59,021 nt of DNA from Defluviitaleaceae bacterium (GTDB lineage: Bacteria > Bacillota > Clostridia > Lachnospirales > WQUN01). Under the pieces are notes generated by a model. The model was not told the DNA's origin. It made no database searches and saw only the letters and a program-made list of their open reading frames with translations. Position numbers and translations under genes: made by a program. This document shows positions 54,658-59,021 of the stretch, piece by piece. Every line of letters starts with the position of its first letter. Position 1 is the stretch's first letter. The DNA is taken from the NCBI GenBank assembly GCA_009786975.1, contig WRGX01000219.1:1-59021 (forward strand), in the 5' to 3' direction.

Positions 54658-55869
54658 ATGCATGTAAGCGGCATAATCGCCGAATTCAACCCGCTTCATC
54701 GCGGGCATATCGCCCATATAAATGAAACGCGACAAAAATTCGGCGGAAAAATCGTTGTTGCGATGAGCGGGAATTTCGTCCAGCGCGGCGAACCCGCGAT
54801 TTTTGACAAACGAAAACGCACCAAAACGGCTCTTTTGGCGGGCGCGGACATTGTGCTTGAAATTCCTGTGCCGTATGTGATTGCGGGCGCGGATTATTTT
54901 GCGCGAGGAAGTGTCGGGCTTTTGGCGGCGACGGGCGTGGTTTCGACGCTTAGTTTTGGCAGTGAGTGCGGGGATATTGAGGCGATTCGCCAAACGGCGG
55001 ACGTGCTTGCGAACGCGCGCCAAATGCGCGTGCCGATGGCGACACATGCTCCCGAAAACGATTTCGGTTTGTTTGAAGAAACATTGCGCGCGCATCTCGA
55101 CGCGGGCATGTCCTTCGCGGCGGCGCGCGGCGCGGCACTTTCGGCGTGCTTGCCCGATGCGCCGGAAGGCTTGTTCACCAAGCCGAATAACTGCCTCGCA
55201 ATCGAATATTGCAAAGCACTTCTCCTTCTCGGAAGCCCGATGGAAGTTTTCACAACACACCGTGCGTCCGGCGGCCCGTCCGCGACAAAAATTCGCGCGC
55301 GCCAAGCACGCAATGAGCACCGAAGACGCATATCGCACATCGACGACTTCTCAAAAATCTTCCGCCATCTCCTGCACACGCGTGATTTCGACCTCGGCGA
55401 AGGTTTACAAAACCGTTTCCGCAAATTTTCCGCCGAATTCACCCAAATTTCCGAAATAATCGACGCGGTAAAAACCAAACGCTACACGCGCACGCGCCTG
55501 TCCCGCGCGGTTTTGGGCGTAATTTTGGGCATCTCTTCGGCAGATATGGATTTTTTTGATTCGGCGAAAAACTGCACCCGTCTTCGGGGGAACCCGTCGC
55601 ATCCAGCACATGACTTCGGTGCCCAATACATACGCGTTTTGGGCTTTCGCAAAGAAAGCGCGGATTTGCTTGGCGCGATAACAAAAAAGGCCGCGCTGCC
55701 CGTCATAACGCACGGCGCGGCCATGGATGAAATTTTACGCGGCGACAAAGGCGAAGCCGCCGCCGCCATGCTTGCGAAGGACTTCGAAGCAACCGATATT
55801 TACCGAATCGCAACAAACACACCCTGCGCCTTCCGAGGCGAACGCGGCGAAGGGATTATTGTAGTGTAG
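54658..55869 (+). CDS. tmcAL: tRNA(Met) cytidine acetate ligase (TmcAL/YlbM, UPF0348 nucleotidyltransferase)
   Basis: GIIAEFNPLHRGHIAHINETR (HxGH motif), AMSGNFVQRGEPAIFDKRKR and ADIVLEIP. SD GAGGTG upstream of ATG 54658. Confidence 0.8.
   Translation: MHVSGIIAEFNPLHRGHIAHINETRQKFGGKIVVAMSGNFVQRGEPAIFDKRKRTKTALLAGADIVLEIPVPYVIAGADYFARGSVGLLAATGVVSTLSFGSECGDIEAIRQTADVLANARQMRVPMATHAPENDFGLFEETLRAHLDAGMSFAAARGAALSACLPDAPEGLFTKPNNCLAIEYCKALLLLGSPMEVFTTHRASGGPSATKIRARQARNEHRRRISHIDDFSKIFRHLLHTRDFDLGEGLQNRFRKFSAEFTQISEIIDAVKTKRYTRTRLSRAVLGVILGISSADMDFFDSAKNCTRLRGNPSHPAHDFGAQYIRVLGFRKESADLLGAITKKAALPVITHGAAMDEILRGDKGEAAAAMLAKDFEATDIYRIATNTPCAFRGERGEGIIVV
55566..55650 (-). repeat. degenerate R90 copy embedded in frame in tmcAL
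   Basis: GAAAAACTGCACCCGTCTTCGGGGGAACCCGTCGCATCCAGCACATGACTTCGGTGCCCAAT aligns with GGAAACTGCCCCCGGCTTCGAGAGAACGCGTCGCCGCCGACACATGTCCCCGGTGCCCAAT at roughly 70% identity by eye. The head palindrome is lost. Confidence 0.5.
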
Positions 55870-55873
55870 ACGG

Positions 55874-56641
55874 CTAAGACGAAACGTTTGCCGCAACATT
55901 CGGCAACTCACTATTGTCCCCGACGGCGCGGGAAACGTTCGTTTCGCTCGTTGCATCAGCAGTTTCCACCGCGCCCTTGGCGCGACGCAGAATTTTCATG
56001 GTTTCCTCGTCAAGCGGCTCGTAACGCACGCCGTCGGGCAAGCCTTTATTTGCGTTCTGAAACCGCGCGGCGGCGGATTCGGGCGAAGACGCTTGGGCTT
56101 GCATTTGCGGCGGCGCAGACATCGTCGGCGATTTCAACATACGGCCAAGCGGCGGAGCCATCGACGGTCTTTGGGCATGATTCTGCGGCGGAATCATAGG
56201 AGTCCGTTGCGCCTGCGAATAATCATATCCGGCTTCGTGACGAGCTTGCGGCCTCGGCTTCATGTCCCCGGTTAGAAGCGTCCGTTGCGCCTGCGAATAA
56301 TCATATCCGGCTTCGTGACGAGCTTGTGGCCTCGGCGACCGACCCGCCGTAAGCGGCTCAACCGGAACAGCTCGCCGTTCCCCGCGGGCAAGCCCAAGCG
56401 GATAATTTCTGAGCCAAACGTCCGAACCTCCCGAAACATGCGCGGAAGTCCCCGCGCTCTGCGTATTTTTTGCCTCGCGCCCGCGGCTGAAATATGCCGT
56501 CGGTGCCGGCGGAAAATTTAAAGGCATAACATGCACCCCATCAAGTCGAGAAAAACGCGGACTTCGTACTACTTCCCTCTCGAAAGGTTGAAATAGTACC
56601 ACACGTTCTTTTTGCGACTGTTTTTTTCGAAGAAAAAACAC
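55874..56641 (-). CDS. hypothetical P/Q/R-rich protein with an internal 26-aa duplication
   Basis: 255-aa ORF convergent with tmcAL across a 4-bp gap. The start is uncertain: GTG 56641 abuts its SD, and ATG 56527 is also possible. No recognisable domain. Confidence 0.4.
   Translation of the reverse strand: MFFLRKKQSQKERVVLFQPFEREVVRSPRFSRLDGVHVMPLNFPPAPTAYFSRGREAKNTQSAGTSAHVSGGSDVWLRNYPLGLARGERRAVPVEPLTAGRSPRPQARHEAGYDYSQAQRTLLTGDMKPRPQARHEAGYDYSQAQRTPMIPPQNHAQRPSMAPPLGRMLKSPTMSAPPQMQAQASSPESAAARFQNANKGLPDGVRYEPLDEETMKILRRAKGAVETADATSETNVSRAVGDNSELPNVAANVSS
56203..56336. repeat. 78-bp-period tandem duplication (about 1.7 units) inside the P/Q/R-rich ORF
   Basis: TCCGTTGCGCCTGCGAATAATCATATCCGGCTTCGTGACGAGCTTG(C/T)GGCCTCGGC occurs at 56203-56258 and 56281-56336, with 1 mismatch in 56 nt. 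It encodes RPQARHEAGYDYSQAQRT twice. Confidence 0.9.
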
Positions 56642-56896
56642 TTCCTTCTTCCCTGCATGTTATGCATATTTATTGAAAATTGTGCAAAAACCCCTCCCCG
56701 CCTCTGCACACAACAAACAAAAATCACCAAAATCGGCAAAACAGAGCAGATATGGGTAAAAAAAGCGTAATAAAAACGCAAAATTCATGTAAAAAATATT
56801 GCGCCGCGTGCATAAATATGCTAACCTAAAATCCTAAAATTCGTTAATAACGAAATTTAACTTGACAATTTCAAAAACTGACTGGGAGGGGACAGT

Positions 56897-58762
56897 ATGA
56901 CAAATTTGAACACCGGTTTGATTTACACCGACGTAAGCGGATGCATCGATTGCAATAAATGCATCCACGAATGCCCCGTTTTAAAGGCAAATGTTGCAGT
57001 ACCCGATGGTTCCGGCTCGTACAATATATGCGTGGACCAAAACGAGTGCATTTTATGCGGAACATGCAACGACACCTGCACGCACAATGTCCGACATTTC
57101 CGCGACGATTGTGACAGCTTCTTCGACGACCTAAAACGCGGGAAAGCAATTTCGGTTATTGTAGCTCCCGCGTTTTATATTAACTATCCAAGCGAGTACA
57201 AGCGCGTTTTCGGATATTTGAAAAGCATGGGCGTGAAAAATTTTTATTCCGTAAGCTACGGCGCGGATATCACGGCATGGGCGTACTTAAATCACATCAC
57301 CCAAACGGGCAAAATGGGCAATATCGCCCAGCCCTGCCCCTGTATAACAAATTACATCGAAAAACATCAGCCCGAGCTTATCCCAAGCCTAATCCCCGTA
57401 CACTCGCCCATGATGTGTATGGCAATATATTTGAAGCGATACAAAAATGTAAGCGACAGCCTGATGTTCCTGAGTCCGTGCATCGGCAAAAAAGTCGAAA
57501 TCGACTCGAAGCGCGGGTTGGGGATGATTGACTACAACGTTACGTTTGCCACCCTGATGGAGCGCGTCAAAAACAGCGGAGTAAACCTAAACGCACAGCC
57601 CGAGGTCGACGATGTCATCGACTACGGCATGGGCGCGCTTTTTTCAAAGCCGGGCGGCCTGCGCGAAAACGTGGAATTTTACGTGGGGACCGACGCCCTT
57701 GTCGTGCAAGTCGAGGGCGAACACAAGGCGTATTCCTATCTGAAAAATTTTGCGAAACGCGCGGGGTCAAGCTCGCGGTCGATGCCGATGCTTATCGACA
57801 TATTGAACTGCGAAGCGGGTTGCAACCAAGGCACAGCAACCGAGTTTCGCCACTCCACCGACGATTCCATCGCCTTCGAAGCACACCAAATGCGCGCAAA
57901 AAAAGTTAATGGCATGACCGACGCAGAGGGCAATATTTTAACCGACCCCGCCGACCGTCTCGCCCGATTAAACGAAATGTTCGCAGATTTGCGCCTCGAC
58001 GACTTCAAGTGCAACTATGACACAAGCGAGGCACTTCGCACACGCTCAATCGGCGACATGGAAATAAATAAAATTTTTGCGGATATGCTCAAAACCACGC
58101 ACGAGGACAAAACGATTGATTGCAGCGCGTGCGGCTATAAAACCTGCCTTGATTTGGCGCAAGCAATCGCGTACGGCATCAGTTATCCCGAAAAATGCGT
58201 GTACTATGTAAAAGCGAACCTGGACGTACAAATCGAGCATCAAAAAGCCATCGTTGACGGTTTCGCAAACATAAACAATTTGCTCGCCGAGCTTACAAAC
58301 GACAATATAAAAACATCTGAAAGCACAACTTCAATAAACAATCACATCAACGAAGCCGTCGAGCAAGGCGGCGTTATGCGAAAAACCCTCGAGGACATAC
58401 AGGCGGAGTTCGCAAATTTAAACAAAACCTACATGGAAATCGCGACAATCGCGCGGCAAACCAGCTTACTTTCCATAAACGCGGCAATCGAGGCCGCCCG
58501 CGCCGGAAACATGGGTAAAGGCTTTGGCGTCGTTGCGGAAGAAGTCGGCGCGCTTGCAAAAAAAACCATGAGTACCGTAAATGTCAACTCCGAAAACTCC
58601 GAAAACATCTCCAAAGTTTTGAACAAACTAATCGCCGACACAAACTCCCTCATCTCAAAAATCGACAACGTAAACAGCTCCACCGATGAAATCACCGAAA
58701 GCGTAAGCGACATCACCGCAAAAACAGAAAACATTCTCGCGCTTATGGATGAATTGAAATAA
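56897..58762 (+). CDS. soluble [FeFe]-hydrogenase-like (2x[4Fe-4S] plus H-cluster-type domain) protein fused to a methyl-accepting chemotaxis signalling domain
   Basis: Ferredoxin motifs [12 protein letters not shown] and [11 protein letters not shown]. Ordered Cys motifs [14 protein letters not shown] and [14 protein letters not shown] hairpin [44 protein letters not shown]. No TM segment. SD GGGAGGGG. Confidence 0.85.
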   Translation: MTNLNTGLIYTDVSGCIDCNKCIHECPVLKANVAVPDGSGSYNICVDQNECILCGTCNDTCTHNVRHFRDDCDSFFDDLKRGKAISVIVAPAFYINYPSEYKRVFGYLKSMGVKNFYSVSYGADITAWAYLNHITQTGKMGNIAQPCPCITNYIEKHQPELIPSLIPVHSPMMCMAIYLKRYKNVSDSLMFLSPCIGKKVEIDSKRGLGMIDYNVTFATLMERVKNSGVNLNAQPEVDDVIDYGMGALFSKPGGLRENVEFYVGTDALVVQVEGEHKAYSYLKNFAKRAGSSSRSMPMLIDILNCEAGCNQGTATEFRHSTDDSIAFEAHQMRAKKVNGMTDAEGNILTDPADRLARLNEMFADLRLDDFKCNYDTSEALRTRSIGDMEINKIFADMLKTTHEDKTIDCSACGYKTCLDLAQAIAYGISYPEKCVYYVKANLDVQIEHQKAIVDGFANINNLLAELTNDNIKTSESTTSINNHINEAVEQGGVMRKTLEDIQAEFANLNKTYMEIATIARQTSLLSINAAIEAARAGNMGKGFGVVAEEVGALAKKTMSTVNVNSENSENISKVLNKLIADTNSLISKIDNVNSSTDEITESVSDITAKTENILALMDELK

Positions 58763-58770
58763 CTTTTTAC

Positions 58771-58857
58771 AAAAAGCGCGCCAAGCGTGCATTGGGTACC
58801 GGGGACATGTGTCGGCGGCGACGCATTCCCTCGAAGCCGGGAGCAGTTACCCGGCGT
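58771..58857 (+). repeat. R90 repeat copy in the 3' UTR of the hydrogenase-like MCP gene
   Basis: AAAAAGCGCGCCAAGCGTGC (one G-U compatible change), then TACCGGGGACATGTGTCGGCGGCGACGCATTCCCTCGAAGCCGGGAGCAGTTACC. It starts 9 nt after the stop. Confidence 0.9.
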
Positions 58858-58859
58858 AC

Positions 58860-58900
58860 AAAAAAACAATCGTCCGGTATCACCGGACGATTGTTTTTTT
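58860..58900. terminator. bidirectional intrinsic terminator
   Basis: A7-AACAATCGTCCGGT (58865-58878), loop ATC, ACCGGACGATTGTT (58882-58895), then T-run to 58900. Confidence 0.8.
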
Positions 58901-59021
58901 GTGGGATTCCAGAAGAAACACCGCCGTGTAGCAAAATGGATATGGGCGTGCAGTATTCTTTCAATTTATTCCCGATGAGAATCCCGATGCCACCAAGCAT
59001 ATGTCCGCGAATATGCTCTCC

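Noticed and set aside
58767-59021. A minus-strand ORF (77 aa or longer) at the right window edge
   Set aside because: The listed frame reads through the strong bidirectional terminator and the R90 copy. A real minus-strand gene may end near 58960, but three frames are open to the window edge and none can be supported.

Overview
This is a 59-kb chromosomal segment from a moderately GC-rich Bacillota (Clostridia-like) genome. That call rests on SLH, dockerin and cohesin-type surface proteins, WalRK-YycHI, GlgCD, a canonical F1Fo atp operon and rplM-rpsI.

Gene content, left to right:
- A 3,976-aa secreted giant protein (CotH kinase-like, three lamin-tail domains, InlB-B-type repeats, Big_2, C-terminal dockerin), followed by a small membrane-anchored cohesin-like partner.
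- Two SLH proteins, rplM-rpsI-ispE, and a LysM/G5 protein.
- walR-walK-(MNT, decayed HEPN, GNAT)-yycH-yycI, then a REC-HD-GYP regulator.
- A DUF1883/zinc-ribbon protein convergent with a REC-Hpt pair.
- atpZ-I-B-E-F-H-A-G-D-C.
- Three ABC exporter genes flanking tRNA-Leu(UAG) and a decayed AT-rich patch.
- htrA, hom, two permease-less ABC ATPases and an oxidoreductase.
- glgCD, an orphan Bro-N gene, an SDR, tmcAL, a P/Q/R-rich ORF, and a soluble hydrogenase-like protein fused to an MCP signalling domain.

The most unusual signal is not a gene. It is a ~90-bp GC-rich repeat family, here called R90, with a head palindrome GCGCGC-CAA-GCGCGC.
- At least 13 copies are present, including a 4-copy and a 3-copy tandem array with an exact 90-bp (30-codon) period.
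- Five of six reading frames are free of stop codons.
- Copies usually sit directly after stop codons and directly before bidirectional terminators.
- Copies also lie in frame inside at least four protein-coding genes, each in a different frame, much like Rickettsia palindromic elements.
- Two copies carry compensatory double substitutions that preserve the head hairpin.

A second family, P31, is a perfect 31-nt palindrome present six times that doubles as an intrinsic terminator. No transposase, integrase, CRISPR array or recognisable defence operon was seen. All protein family calls come from motif recognition by eye, not from database searches.
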